Below are positions 1 through 13,685 of a DNA stretch of 64,000 bases, piece by piece. Origin of the DNA: Marsupella aquatica (Eukaryota; Plantae; Marchantiophyta); NCBI GenBank assembly GCA_973895155.1, contig OZ316892.1:9404283-9468282 (forward strand), read 5' to 3'. The translations under genes were made by a program, and so were the position numbers. Under the pieces are notes generated by a model that worked only from the letters and a program-made list of their open reading frames with translations, had not been told where the DNA came from and did not search any database. Position 1 is the first letter of the stretch. The number at the start of each line of letters is the position of its first letter.

Positions 1-2093
1 TGTTAAACGGTCCTCCTCCATTTCGCTCTCTTCCATCCAAGTGCGTGGACAACTAGGATCAATGGTAGCTAAGATGTTACTACAATAAAACATACTCTCA
101 ACTGCCAAGTATCCAGTTGCCATGCTCCCCTCCACTCGTGCACGGTTCAGTACATAAGCCTTTAACAAGGCCATATACCTTTCCAGCCAATACATCCACC
201 TACAATGCACCGGACCGGCAATGGCAACCTTCCTCACAAGATGAACGAGAAGATGCACCTGACAATCAAAGAAGGAAGGAGGGAGATCATTCTCCAGCTT
301 GCATACCACCTCTGCTGCCAATACCTCCATCCGTGGTATCTCTTCTTCATATATTTCCTTTGAGCATATCCATCTCAACAAAGTGCCCAGTGACCAAAGG
401 GCATCTTGCACTTCTTCACTCCCCAAACCTATGATTGCCATAGGAAGTATATGTTGTAGTAAACGATGATAGTCATGTGTCTTGAGATACATTGGCCATT
501 TATGACTGTCCTCCATCCCAAAAGCCTTACGTAGATTGGCACCATAGCCTGTAGGAAACCGCATCTGCCCTATGCGTTGTCGAAACTCTCTTCTTTCACC
601 AACACTCAAAACCCATGGAGCTGAAGGACGATGTTCCATCCCTGTGGATTCATCAACTGTTATCCATACATCTGGATGTCGTTCTAGATTCTGGCATGCC
701 TCCCTAAAATTAATGTTCTTTTCCCCATAAAAGTGCTTGATCAAAGCCTTCCCCATTTCCCTCTATATGCATGGGGTCTAACAAGTGATGAATCTTCAAC
801 TCAGGCCAATAGGGCAAAGTGGCCAGTATACTCCACCTTGTCAATCCACTACCATAAAATCCCATGGCATCTTCAGGGTCTGCCACCCTATCAGCTATGG
901 ATTTCCAATACGAAAATGTTGTGCGGTCAGGTATCTCACGCTCATCACCATTGATCATGTCAAAGTCTGAAAACAAAAGGGGGTCAAACCTCATGTGATG
1001 CCCAAGTGGAAGAAACTTGGTATGACCAAGGTAGATTATCTTGTGTAGCCATTTTGAGTACTTGGCCATATCGTGAAGGCTTGGACCACAAGTGGAGCAT
1101 GCCTTGTACCCTTGAGTTTGGAACCCAGAAACAAACCCAAACCCTGCTCACAAAATAACATTCTAAATTAGAGTCAAAGGAATTGAAAAGTTCATGTACA
1201 TAGAATTAAAGAGGGACTTCCTTCCAAACAAACTTGATCTCCAATACATGAAAAAAATACAAATCCATACCACTCACCTAGATAGTCATGCATGGTCCAC
1301 ATAATGATTCCCTTCAATTGGAAGACACGTGGTAACCCTCCTGTAGTTGTCCAACCATCATATGCCCATACACCCCCCCATAATTTATGGAGTTCCCCAA
1401 CCAAGAGCGCCAAGTAGGTGTCCATGTTTTTTACCTTAGATGGACATGGGATAATCAATGATAGCAATAAGAATCCCTTTTTCATGGACAACCATGGGGG
1501 AAGGTTGTAATTCATAACAACCACCGGCCAAACCAAAGTAGGGCGCCCTTCCCTCCAAGGGAGTGTGGGCTCACCCCATCTGATGCCAACCCCAACCTCA
1601 CATGACGAGGGTCACGTGCAAACTCTGGCCATTGTGACTCCACATGCTTGTGAGCAGGGGAATCAACTGGCAACCGCATGACACCGGCCTCTGATCGATG
1701 TGTCTTATGCCATACCATCAATTCTGCCAAGTCAGAACATTGGTACATGTGCAACAATCGAGGAATAATAGGAAACCAACAAACAGCTTTTCTAGGCACC
1801 TTTGAGGTCAACATGTTGGTTTCATATCAAGGCTCTTGACAAATTGGACACTCAGTTGCGCTGGCATTGGTCTCATGATAGAGAATGCAGTCATTCACAC
1901 AAGCATGAATGATATGGTATTCCATGCCAATGGATCATGATAGAACCCTCTTTGCCTCCTTCCAAGTTCCTGGCAACATATTTTCACTGGGTAACAAGAG
2001 ATCATGGCAAATTGCAAACAAATCCGATAGTAGCGCATTGCTTGCCTTGTGTTTTGCCTGAAGATTCATCAATGCCAAGATGGCAGATAGTCT
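1..2093 (-). pseudogene. CACTA TnpD-type transposase of element A, central part (Transposase_21/DUF4218-like), frameshifted
   Basis: Motifs HVRLGLASDGVSP, NYNLPPW, IMWTMHDY, HHLLDPMHIEGN spread over ORFs 1512-1814, 1192-1536 and 710-1069. Confidence 0.9.
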
Positions 2094-2821
2094 CACTAGT
2101 ACATTTTTGGTCTCTTTCCGATACTCAAATCGCGGCTTCTTTTAGCCGTCCGAAACCAAACGCATCGGACAACTTCCGATATTAAAACCATCGTAATTTC
2201 CGATTCATGATATATCGGAAATAAACGTACCGATGGAAAATGCTTCGCAAAAACTATCCCATACCAAAACTATCGAACAATGTCCGAAATTAATAGCATC
2301 GCAAAAAGACGACAAAAGTAAGGCTTTAGCTTCCGATGCAGTTACACTCGGACCTGAGGCTCGTTGGAAAAACAAACGGACATTGTCCGATATTTAAACC
2401 AACAAACATAATATTGGGAAAGACATTGCTTTGGAACCTACGTGCGATAGTTACAGTATCGGAAGTTGTCCAAAGGTAAGCATATCGGACCCCTCCTTCA
2501 TCATTTTTGCCAAGGGGTCCGATGGTTTCTGGAACGGAAAAATGTGTCCGATAGGTTTTGAATCGCATGTGTCCCGTCACTTTCAATATCGGAAAGAGGT
2601 TAGTTCTCCGGCCGAGTACCGATGCCTGTGCGATGTAGATTCCATGGGATTGACAATGGGACATTGTATTGTGGTCATGGTTTGATCCTGGATACTTGTA
2701 GCAATATAGTTTATGCAATGGTAGTGTGAGAACACATGAAATGCCGATAAATATGTAATACCAATAAAATAGCCACAAATAAGATGGTAGGGGTTAGCTA
2801 CGCCTTTGATGTACTAGATAT

Positions 2822-5800
2822 CTAACTAGTGGAGGGAATGTCAGTATCTTCCACTATAACTACGTTAGGTCTATCCTGGACGATGGATCGTGATCGTGGA
2901 ATGTATGGCATGACAATGGACCAATCTGAGTCATCTGGATAGGGTAGGTAAAAACATTGTTCAAGGTGATGGGGGAACGCAAAGGGATCTGAGGACCTCC
3001 AGTTTGAGCTGATGACACTATTTGCGGTTGTCTTCAACCGGGTAAAACCGCATGCATCATCTTCACATGTCCGGTTGTGGCCCACAAGATTCATCTTGAA
3101 CCATTTGCACTTTAATACCACTTCCTCCAAAGTAGTATGTGCATGGTACTTTATGGTAAGGATTTCCTCAATCTTTCCATAATGGGCGACGGTGGACCGA
3201 ATGGGATTCCTGTCTGATGTGCTACTCTGTGAATCTTGGGTGAACCAACCCATCACCCCACAATCTTGTGTAGCTGCCCTCTTCTCATCAAGTCGTTCAA
3301 CACGAAAATGTCTCCCCTTGGACCACATGGCTGTCCGAGTCGTGACTATAAGTAGTGGACCATGAATCAAGGTATGAAGCTTATCAGTCACCTTTGGGAA
3401 GTGTGATATGCTCTCCCCAATACCCACCAAGGCATCCACTTCTAGCATCTTTGACTTCATGTATGGGTGAAACTTGGGAAATAATCGTGGTCGCCGACTA
3501 TTTTTCTTCTCCTCCTCATAAAGTGTTGTCCACTCCCCTACAACCTCTGGTGAATTATACAACATAAATGTTGTGAGCTGCAAACGCTCCGCTGAGCTCA
3601 AGAGACGCTCTCCTGATGCCCCAGTGAGTCTATCATCCTCATAGTCCGCCTCTCACGCTGCCTCATGTGTCCATCCCCTAGGAGCGTTAGGATCTAGTGT
3701 GGCAACTATGTTTGTACAATAAAACATACTCTCTGCTCCAAGATGACGCTCTGCAATGCTACCTTCCACCCTAGCGCGATTAGAGACGTACGACTTCATC
3801 ACCCCCATATAACGCTCAACCAAATACATCCATCGACAATGCACTGGGCCTGCAATTGCAACCTCATGCACTAAATGTATGAGAAAATGAACCTGGCCAT
3901 CAAAGAAAGAGGGAGGGAGTGCCTTCTCCAACCTACAAATAACCTCTACTCCAAATATCTCCATTGCAGCAATTTCATCCTCCTGTACCTCCTTCTGACA
4001 TACCCATCTCAAAAGCTTTCCCAATGACCAAAGGGCATCACGAAGTTCCTCACTACCCAATCCAATAATCGCAACTGGAATGACATGTTCTAGTAACCGA
4101 TGATAATCATGTGTTTTCAAGTAAGATGGCCATTTTGGAGAATCATCCCCCCCAAATGCTTTTCGGAGATTTGCGCCATAACCTGTGGGAAACCTCATTG
4201 ACCCAATACGTCTGCGAAACTCAGTGCGCTCTGCCCTAGTCAAAACCCAAGGTGGATGGATGCTAGGGGGGTCTCCAGGGGGGTCCAAAGATGGCCAAAA
4301 ACCAAGAAGACCATGCATCCCCATCTCCTCACAACTTTCTCTCCAATTGTGGTTCTTCTCCCCATATAGATGACGAATCAATGACCTCCCCACATTCCCC
4401 TCAATGTGCATCGGATCTAACAAGTGATTAATGGGCATCTCTGACCAATATGGCAACTGTGATAATGCAGACAAACGGGTCATCCCACATCTGAGAAATT
4501 GTAATGGATCATCTGGGTCTTGAACTCTTTGCCATACCTCTCTCCAATATGCTGGATCCTTTCGCTGAGGTTGAGGACGGGTATCAGGTTGGCCCTCATC
4601 AGTGTCATACAGGAAGTGGTCACTCCTCCAAGGATGGTCTGCTGGAAGATATTTAGTATGACCAATGTAAACTATCTTCCGCAAAGTAGTTGACTTGTGT
4701 CTTGCCACTCCCTCCAAATCTGGTCCACATGAAGGGCAAGCTCGATAGCCTGATGTTTGCAATCCAGAGATATATCCAAACCCTATGATTGGTCAAGGGA
4801 CAGCCAGCCAATGAAAGAAGGTTAGAGAAAAGAATACAATTTTTAATTAAGTGCAAGATTGATGAAATAGGGTTAAATTAATTGCAAGGTTTACTGTGAT
4901 TACCTGGTAAATCATGCATGGTCCACATAAGAATGGCCTTGAGGGTGAATGCGCGAGATAAACCTCCAGTGTTGCGAAGTCTGTCATAACAATCCACTCC
5001 CCTCCAAAGTTGCAAAAGCTCATCAATCAAAGGTTGCAAGTAGATGTCAATCTTTTTTACTTGCTTAGGACCCGGGATGATCATTGAGAGTAGTAGATGA
5101 CCTTTCTTCATGGCCATCCATGGAGGGATATTGTAGTTTGTTAGAACTACTGGCCATACTGAATATGGTTTTGCTTTACCTGCCAATGCAAAAGGGCTAA
5201 TACCATCTGCTGCCAATCCAAGTCTCACAAGTCGTGGGTCAGTTTTGAACTCACCCCATCTATCCTCTACAAATTGATTGGCAGGAGAGTCAACCATCAT
5301 TCGCATGGCACTAGAGTCTGTACCCATATCAGAACGATGTTGTGAGTGCCATACCATATACTCAGCCAACTCTGCACAATGGTATTGATTTCGCAATCGA
5401 GGGATGAGAGGAAAATACCGCATAACTTTTTGAGGCACCTTCCCTGTCAACATGTCATCACGGTACCGCGGCTTCTCACACTCAGGACATATGATTGCAT
5501 TTTCATGCTCACCCCTAAATAGAATGCAGTCATTTACACATGCATGTATCACTTCATACTTTAGACCAATGGACTTCAACACCTGTTTAGCCTCCTTCCA
5601 AGACCTTGGCATGTTGTTGCCTGGTGGTAAAATGCGATCATGTAGGGTACGAAAAACATCATCCAAAAGTAGGTTGCTGGCCCCATGTCTTTGTTGCACA
5701 TTCAACAATAACATTATTGCTGAGAGCCGAGATAACCTACTCCCCTCAAATATGCGAGTACGAGCATGACGTTGAGCCTCTTCCCATTCCTTCTGCTGGC

Positions 5801-6050
5801 CCCCCCTAGAAGGATGAGTGGTGTTGTCGTCGGTGAAACCCATCTCCTCCATACCAATATCAGCATCATCTTCATAAAATTGGTTCATGAGCTCATCCAT
5901 GGCCTCCTCATCTTCAAGCCGATCTTGGGTAGAGTCATCATCCTCATGTTGTACCTCATTCTCCTCCCCATCATTCGCCACCATGGCCTCAACAAGGTGT
6001 TGCCGCATAGCTCGTGATATTACCCCAATATCAGGCACCACATATTGATT
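2822..6050 (-). CDS. CACTA TnpD-type transposase of element B (Transposase_21 + DUF4218 + DUF4216-like); intron about 4784-4903; one in-frame TGA at 3653-3655
   Basis: ORFs 4878-6041, 3653-4762, 2822-3601: HACVNDCILF, LGLAADGISPF, WTMHDLP, LDPMHIEGN, GPVHCRWMY, VVLKCKWF; AG acceptor at 6052-6051. Confidence 0.93.
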
Positions 6051-6170
6051 CTATCATACAACATCAATGCATGCAATCTCATCAACATCAATATTGTGAA
6101 CAACCAATTATCCAATGTTAAAAATGGAAAAGAATCCGATATATATATGTATATATGTAAGTCCAAGAAA

Positions 6171-7111
6171 CTATCTTGGACGGGAACGTAGGGACAATTT
6201 TGGTGCATCCCACTCATAATCACACAATAACTCCTCACCAGCTCTAATGGTCCTAACAGCGACCGTCATGATGTGATCATCCATATGTTTCACAAAATAT
6301 GGAGCTCTAGGTGGACCAAACATCTGGATCCACTCTACATTAGCCTCCAAATCTCTACCTCTACCCGTGGTACTATTGATGTACCCTGCTAAATTACAAT
6401 TCCGAACAGGGTCACCATCAATCATCCTACAATGCCACGGCCTAGTGAAGACCTCGTCTGGGTCTGAGTCCATCCTTAATGCGTACACCCCCCAACTTGG
6501 GTGTTGACGCAACAAAATGTTCCAACTCTTAGCGTTGTATACAGCTCCAATGTAAGGGAAAAGGTGCTCTCCATCATAGCCACGTCTCCATGGCTTTGGA
6601 GGGACAATAATGTCCTCCAAAGCATATAGACCATATCCTATATCAGCACCAATGGAGGAATCTTTCACTATCCAAGAGTGACCCCATATCTCAACCAGTT
6701 CATTAATAGGAATGTAGTCTGGAAATTTGAAGAGACTAGGATCAAAGTCTTTCAAAATGTCAGCTGCCCTACCAGTGAGATAAGATGCTCCAAACCGTCC
6801 ATCAACCCCAATATAATCTACGTTGTTGGATGGTCGGGCACTGCCTAACACCTCCTCCCTATTGTCTACCTGTTCCAGTGGCTCATATTGCCGTCTACGT
6901 CTACGAGACCGTGGTCGTGTACGTAGGACTCTTGTACACCCAACCTCCGGTCGAGAGACCGGTTCACCCTCTACATGCTCGACTATGGGGATAGGAGCAG
7001 GGGGCTAAGAGGTGGATGGGCAAGGGATGCAAGCAAGTCCCTTGCCCTTGCTAGAAACCCTTCTAGCCACACAGCATCATCAACCAAAGGAGGTGGGGGT
7101 CTACGAGGCAC
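6171..7111 (-). CDS. SET-domain (lysine methyltransferase-like) exon of CACTA B; 1-bp frameshift in the G-run near 7000
   Basis: GYGLYALEDI, LAGYINST, RTIRAGEELLCDY motifs in ORF 6171-6851; AG acceptor at 7113-7112 then a Pro-rich linker. Confidence 0.85.
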
Positions 7112-7228
7112 CTATTTCAACACACAATAAATTAAGTAGTGTTATTTGAATGCAAGCTAATTATATACAATATTTCACCAATTGCCGTTTCATGAAATGA
7201 AAGGGGGGATGTATGTATAATTATTTAC

Positions 7229-7459
7229 CTGGCTAGGCAAATAACCTGGCATATCACCCTCATGGCGACCATAGTTCTCAATGTGTTCACAAGTCTCCCA
7301 GGCATGTCGAACCACAAGTCCCTTGCATCTCACACACCAGCAAGGTATGGGCCCTAGTGGAGCACGAGGATGGTCAAGAGGAGGGGATGGAGGAACCTCC
7401 CCCTCGGACAAGCTCGTGTTAGAGTCTGAATCCGATGTGGAACTATCGGATGTAGACAT
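7229..7459 (-). CDS. 5' exon of the CACTA B transposase gene (transposase-associated Cys/His domain)
   Basis: CWCVRC...HAWETCEHIENYG resembles the CACTA transposase-associated domain; phase-0 donor CAG|GTAAAT at 7228. Confidence 0.7.
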
Positions 7460-8638
7460 CTACATACATATCCAACATGTAAGTTAGATTAAACAACTTC
7501 TTGTGTCGATGTATATACAAACATAATTAAGGAGATTTACATAGAGAGACATTGCCCTACGTACCTCAATGATACCCGCGCTTTGCTGTGCCTATTGGGC
7601 TATATTCTCGACACACAAAGTGTGGGATATCCAAAGTCTCTGCAAGGTGGGCATTTCAATAGTGAGCTAAGTGAAAAAAGTGCACGACATGCACACCTCG
7701 GCAAACGATGTGTCAAACTTGCCAAAGTAAACCTCTATGTTACAACCTGAGGAGAATACATGGATGGGCCAAGAAACATCATACCTCTTGGATGCGCGGT
7801 CTCACGCTATGCATAGTGCATTATCAAAAAAGACTACCAACCCCCCTCAAAAAAACTAATTAACCTACCCCTCCATGCCAAAATCAAGGTACTGCACATC
7901 ATATCCAAACACAAACATTAGCCTAACAATGGCTTCATGTTATCATAAGAAAATGTACAACACTATCCTCATAAAAACCCTAAACCAATGTCTCAAGCAA
8001 GACTATATAAGAATTGCATCATTATAGCCTAACATATTAGGTATGCACAACCAGAGTAAAATTATCCCCCAAAAAATGAAAATCAAGAACAAACCCAAAA
8101 ATTGTATCCGTGAAGAAGGAACTAGTATGCACAAGAGTCACATGCACGTCACGGTCACCCTCCCAGTGAGGTATGTATCACCCTACATCAAAAAACCTGT
8201 CAATTCAAATGGAAAGAAAATGTTAACACAACCATACCCAACCCAAATTCAAAAAACCCCAAAACTCTAGAATCCATACCCAATTCAACCCATTTAACTA
8301 AACACATCACACCCCCTTAATTTGGGAAGAAAAGGTGCATCCGAAAGAATTCTACGAGGGGTCCGATACTATAAGAAACGAACAAACCTTGGCAAACAAA
8401 AGGCAACCCATGCCATTAACAACGAGGGGTCCGATGTCAAACATATCGGAAGGTCCGATACCAATACCGATGTTCTAGGCTTCGGAAATTCCGAAGCAAT
8501 TTGCATCGGACGCAACAGGCCAGATTTCAAAAAAGAAGTCCCGACGCTGGTGCGAAGACCCGCGAGTCGGGACAAGCTTTGCACTTGACACTTAGGCTAT
8601 TGTCGAGGCTGGGAGGGGAGCTCAAAGGAGGAGGGGAG

Positions 8639-11163
8639 ATGGTGGGAGGCGAATCTGGTGGTGGGGATGGGGCTGGACCTTCTCGGGCATACGATGAGGT
8701 GATGAAGGAGATTTTTGTTGCTAGGGCCGGGTTGAGTGTGGAGGATGCAGCTAGAGTAGTCCTGCTTTTGCAGACCTTGTTTGATGCCTCAAAGATTGAG
8801 GCTCAGAAAGCTGCTGTAGCAGCCATTGCAGCTGCAAAGAAGAAGAAGAAGGAGGCAAAGAGAAGCAGGGCAGATGCAGAGGAGTCTCTCTCTCCTCGAA
8901 AACGAGAGAAGAAGCTTCGGAGGGAGGCTAGGGAAGCTGAGAAGGGGCGAGTAGAGGAGCTCAAGTGAAAGGAAGCAGAGAGAGCTTTGAGGCCTGAGCT
9001 ACCCCTAAACTCAGGTGGCTCTCCATTACCCAGGGGCTACAATCTCTTTCGCAGCCAATTCAAACAAGTGGTGCGGGCCAATTTGGGGCCATTAGATTAC
9101 TGGGGCAAGAAGGAGGAAGAGAAATCCAGAATTCGAGAGCAAGTGAAAGAACGATTCAAGAACGGGGCACACATTGATGATAGGTTCTTGAACAAGAGGA
9201 TATCCGCCTCACTCTCAGACATGCGAAACCATCAAAGAGAGAAATTCAGGAACTACCTTGCTGAGATGCCGATGGATGCAGAGGTGGTCAGGGAGCAGGG
9301 CTGTCCAGATGCGCTTTCCTCAGATGAGTGGGCAGCTTGGCTTGAGGAGGAACTAGCAGTCCGAGCCTGGCTGCAAAAATGTCACTACAATCTCGAAATC
9401 AGCCTGGCAGAGGAGAAGAGGAAAGCTGGAGAGGAAATTGACATCCTCCCCCTCCAACAGATGCTATGACAGTGGCATGCACAAGAGGTAAGACTCCCCA
9501 AGCCACCAAAGGACATCATAGCAGCTTTGCAGCGAGTGCAAGGTCGACCTGTGGTCACTCACCGGATGGGGCAAGGCGGCTCCAATCGACTGAAGGCTGA
9601 ATTTGTAAGTCCCCTCTCCCTCCTCCCTAGCTCCTCCCCCCGACCACCTGACCTTCTGTTGTGAAGAGTGACCATTTTTTAGCCTCCAAATGCTTTAAAC
9701 CCTTTGCGGCCCGATGGTGTAATTTGCTCTCGGCCCTGTGCTTTCCGATAGGTGTCCGATTCTTTCTGCATCGGACCCGGCATCGGACCTCTTGTTATTC
9801 ATTTTTTGGCACTAACGTTCCGAGGCAGTTCCGATGCTAAGACAATCGGATGGAGAATCGGACCCCTCGTAGAAAGCTTAATTATCAGGTTTTGTGGCAT
9901 TTTTAGGGGGCTTATAGCAATAACTGTTTAACTTTGGTATTAGGTTTTAGGTGTTTCATGATTGAGTAGCACTTTGTGGAGTTTTTTAAATTAGGGTTAA
10001 ATTTGAGAACTAGTTTGATTAGGGGTTTATATATAGGGTATAGGATATGTATGGGTATGTGGCAGGGGTCCTATTTTAAATTAGGGTTTACTATGATAAC
10101 AGTTTTAATGAGGGGTATGTAGGGTGTGCATTATGGGGTCCAAGATTGCTTGGTTTCATGCTAATGGGATATTTTGTTTGGGACTGTGAACTGCCAGGAA
10201 AGGGAGTGGGGTAGACCTATTGGGCCATCCGAGAGGGATTTGGCAAAGAGGAATGGACCCCGCGCTCTTAAGCGCCACCTTGAGGATGAGTTGGGAGAGG
10301 TTTGTGTTCCCCCTAGGTTATGAAAATGTTTTTGGTTATGGTGAATTTGTTAGAGTTTTGGAGGCCCTATATAAACTAATTTAACAACAATTTAATCCTA
10401 GCTATGTATTGCGTAGGAGGAGGAGTCAGGATTGGATGAGGAGTCAGGTGGGGCAGGTGATGAGGATGCAGGTGATGAGGACGGTGGTGATGAGGATGCT
10501 GGTGATGAGGATGCTGGCGATGAGGATGCTGGTGATGAGAATGCAGGTGATGAGGATGCAGAGGATGCGGCAGGGTCGGCGAGAGTTGCCACGATTACCC
10601 CTATCCCTCATGTTGCCCCCACATCAGCAGAGGGTGCTGGTTCACATGATACTGATGGTGTGGGCTCCCATCATTCAGCAGCATCACGGGGTGGTAGGCC
10701 CGGGCCGTCAGGGGGTAGTAGAGGTCGTGTGGGACCAGGCCATCGGTCCGGGGTACATAGTGCACCAGCTGGCCCTCCACGACGAGGGACTAGTGACATA
10801 CAGGATGGTGGTTCTAGGGGGCAAGCGCCATCTCGTGAGTCTGGTGGGAGTACAGCACGGCACGGGCCAGAGACAACACATGCAGGTGGAGCATCCCATC
10901 ACTCGCGTAGGTCTACCGGAGAGGGCTCCTTCCACTCTGCTGTGTCGGGGGGTGGTGGGACATCTGTCTTGCCTGAGCACCGTAGTGGTGCATCTAGTGG
11001 TTCAGGGTCTAGACCTGCATCAGGCCAACCCACGCCATCCGCTGAGCAGGTGGCTACCACGGTTGTGGGCAGCCACCAACATGAGGGGTCTCGCGCTCCC
11101 GAACCTGTACCCCGCCCACGCTCTCGCCCAAAGAAGAAGAAGGGACGCAGCACACCTTTTTAG
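8639..11163 (+). pseudogene. Second gene of CACTA B (TnpA/Transposase_24-like), multi-exon, two in-frame TGA stops, acidic repeat tail and C-terminal basic NLS-like segment
   Basis: In-frame ORFs 8501-8968 and 8987-9469 continue to YRMGQGGSNRLKAEF and a GTAAGT donor at 9605; last exon 10432-11163 has (AGDED)n and RPKKKKGR. Confidence 0.6.
10450..10570 (+). repeat. 15-bp coding tandem repeat (GGTGATGAGGATGCW)n encoding AGDED
   Basis: About 7 units read directly. Confidence 0.85.
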
Positions 11164-11944
11164 AGGTTTGTGGTACATAGTGTCTGATAGCTTTGATTAG
11201 AGGTACCACATAGTGTAGGCCAGTTAGAGCCTCATTTTGGTGTTTCATGTAGCCGTCACCGGCCATATGGCTCTACTGCCTACCTAGGCCCATTTCATTT
11301 TGTACATATTGGGGTGTTCCCCATTGTGAAAACCTGATATTTAATTCAACCACTACCTTGCTTTGAGCATGCTCTTTGGACCCTATTTTGTCAATCTCAG
11401 CCTGAACCCTAAACCTAAACCCCCAAATGATTCCCATGAATCCAATATTAAACCCCCACAAACCCTAAATATCCATTATTAGTCAAGCCGGTGACCCAGC
11501 TCATATCCGATACCATACGCTACGGAACTTCCGAAGTAAACTATTTCGGACCCCTCCTCCCAAATGTCCGATATTTTCAGCATCGCAATTTGCGTTACAC
11601 ACCACTACGGATGTCCCGATACATATTGCTACGCAAACTCCGATATGTTTTACATCGGACTATCCCATATAAAATACATCGGACCCTTGATATTACCTTT
11701 TGGTGGGCCTATAGTATCCGATGAAATTAGAATCGGACACAAATTATCCGAAACATTCAGTAACGGATGTACCGATTGTATCAGAAACAGAAATTCCAAT
11801 GGATGTCCGATTGTCGATATCCGATGGGTGAAGTATGGGAAAGTGCGAAGTAAATCACATCGGACGGGTCATTTTTCTGCGTCAAAATTTCTGAAGGGGT
11901 CCGATGTTGTTAGGATCGGAAAAAGGGCCGAAAATGTACTAGTG

Positions 11945-12322
11945 TCTATTCAAACAAGCACCCCCATAAATAGATGTTCTAGCATGTGCCTCAGCTTCTT
12001 CCCATTATTTTTGTCCTTCAGGTGTACGTTGAGGCCTTGGATCATGTGCAACATTTGGTGGAGTATCTCCTTCATTGGGTGGGACACCTCCTTCACTACC
12101 AATGTCTACACCAAACCAATCTGTCATGAAGTCATCCATGGTTGACTCTTGGTCTTGCATGACCTCATAATCTGTCCGAGGTGCCCCTTCATCTGGACTG
12201 TCATTATCATTGTCACTTGATGAGGAATCTGCTGATGATGTTTCCCCGTGTTGTGGCAAGCCCATTTCTTGATATGTAGCTCTCAACCTCCTTGGCAACA
12301 TATCTTGACTAGGCCGCACATT
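11945..12322 (-). pseudogene. Acidic 5' part of the element A transposase exon
   Basis: EGQK*WEEAEAHART matches element B GGQQKEWEEAQRHART; AG|AAT acceptor at 12324-12323. Confidence 0.85.
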
Positions 12323-12659
12323 CTATAGACACTAGTACATATTAAGCTGATTTCCGATGCTCAATTTTTGCGAACAATCGGCGTCCGATTCTTTTAGCAT
12401 CGGAAATTCCGATTATCAAAAAATGGCAATATGCCATACTCTCGGCTTCGGATATCTTCATTTCTGATATAATTGACAACGGAACCTTTCCGATGCGTTA
12501 AAAAATGGATCATATCCATTAGAAAGCACATCGGATCCCTCAACAGAAACTTTGATTGATATGTCCGATGTTTTTTGTAACGAAAATGATGTGCGTTACA
12601 ATATTGATCGGAAACTTTCCGTAGTTAATAATAACGGATATTATATCCGATTGTGCTAA

Positions 12660-12842
12660 CATGGCAAAGTCCGATGTTGGAAGAATGGGAAAGTCCGATG
12701 CTGGGAGTATGGGAAAGTCCGATGCTAGAAGAATGGGAAAGTCCGATGCTGGAAGAATGGAAAAGTCCGATGCGGGGAGTATGGGAAAGTCCGATACTAG
12801 AAGAATGGGAAAGTCCGATGCTGGGAGTATGGGAAAGTCTGG
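12660..12842 (+). repeat. 24-bp tandem repeat (ATGGGAAAGTCCGATGCTRGRAGW-like), left array
   Basis: About 7.5 units; source of the spurious MGKSDAGS ORFs. Confidence 0.9.
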
Positions 12843-13685
12843 TTATGACAAAAAGAAAATTTTTGATTGTGTTAGAATGAAAAGTTTTGATGTGTTAGAT
12901 GGGGTATGTGGTTGCACCGACATACTCTTCCCAAAAGATGCAATCATTCTTGCATGCATGAATAACTTCATACTTGAGGCAAATGGACTTGAGTGTTGTT
13001 TTTGCCTCATTCCAAGACCCAACATATTGTTCCCTTACGGAAATATGTGCTCAACATGCCAAGTCCAAAATACATCATCTAGAAGGAGGTTGCTTGTCCC
13101 ATGTAGTCTTTGTTGCAAGTCCAACAACAACATAGTTGATAAAAGATGAGACAATCAGGAGCCATTGACGTTGAGGCTTTGGAAGGACCAAAATATCATC
13201 CATAACTAATAAGCCATAATTATCCCATATCAAATCTAATGAAGGAGGGCTTTACTATCGATGAATGACCCCTGCCAGATTTCTATTGGTTTCTCCTAGG
13301 GGAATGTAATAGGGTAACTAGAATAGGTCACTTGATGCAAAGATCTAATCTCATGATAGAGAAAAATGGATCAAGAATGGGTCCAAATTATGGGTCTTAG
13401 TAAACTCACAAGTGTATAAAATCCCCAAACACTCTAAGTCAAACAACAAAAGTGCTAAGCTTGCATGTACAATGTAAGGAATAAGAACCACAAAGTTAAG
13501 CTCATGTTGGAGGAATAGCAATTGGGATGGGTGACCAATTAGTTGAGAAAATTTGAAGAGTTCACATGTCTTGGAGATGGGCACCTAGCTCATAGTTCCA
13601 AATGAAAGTAGAAACCCAATTAAAGGAAGAGATGGGTGACCTGAGCATGTCGCATCCGCTGAAATGCATATCCCATTTTGATTGC

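Larger units (their letters stand above)
2094..11944. mobile_element. Complete CACTA element B (9.85 kb)
   Basis: TIRs CACTAGTACATTTT / AAAATGTACTAGTG, 3-bp TSD TCT, subterminal TCCGA/TCGGA repeats, transposase gene inside. Confidence 0.97.

Noticed and set aside
6171-6851. SET and PHD ORFs as host chromatin genes
   Set aside because: They lie within CACTA elements next to transposase exons and lack the other domains of host SET or EDM2 proteins
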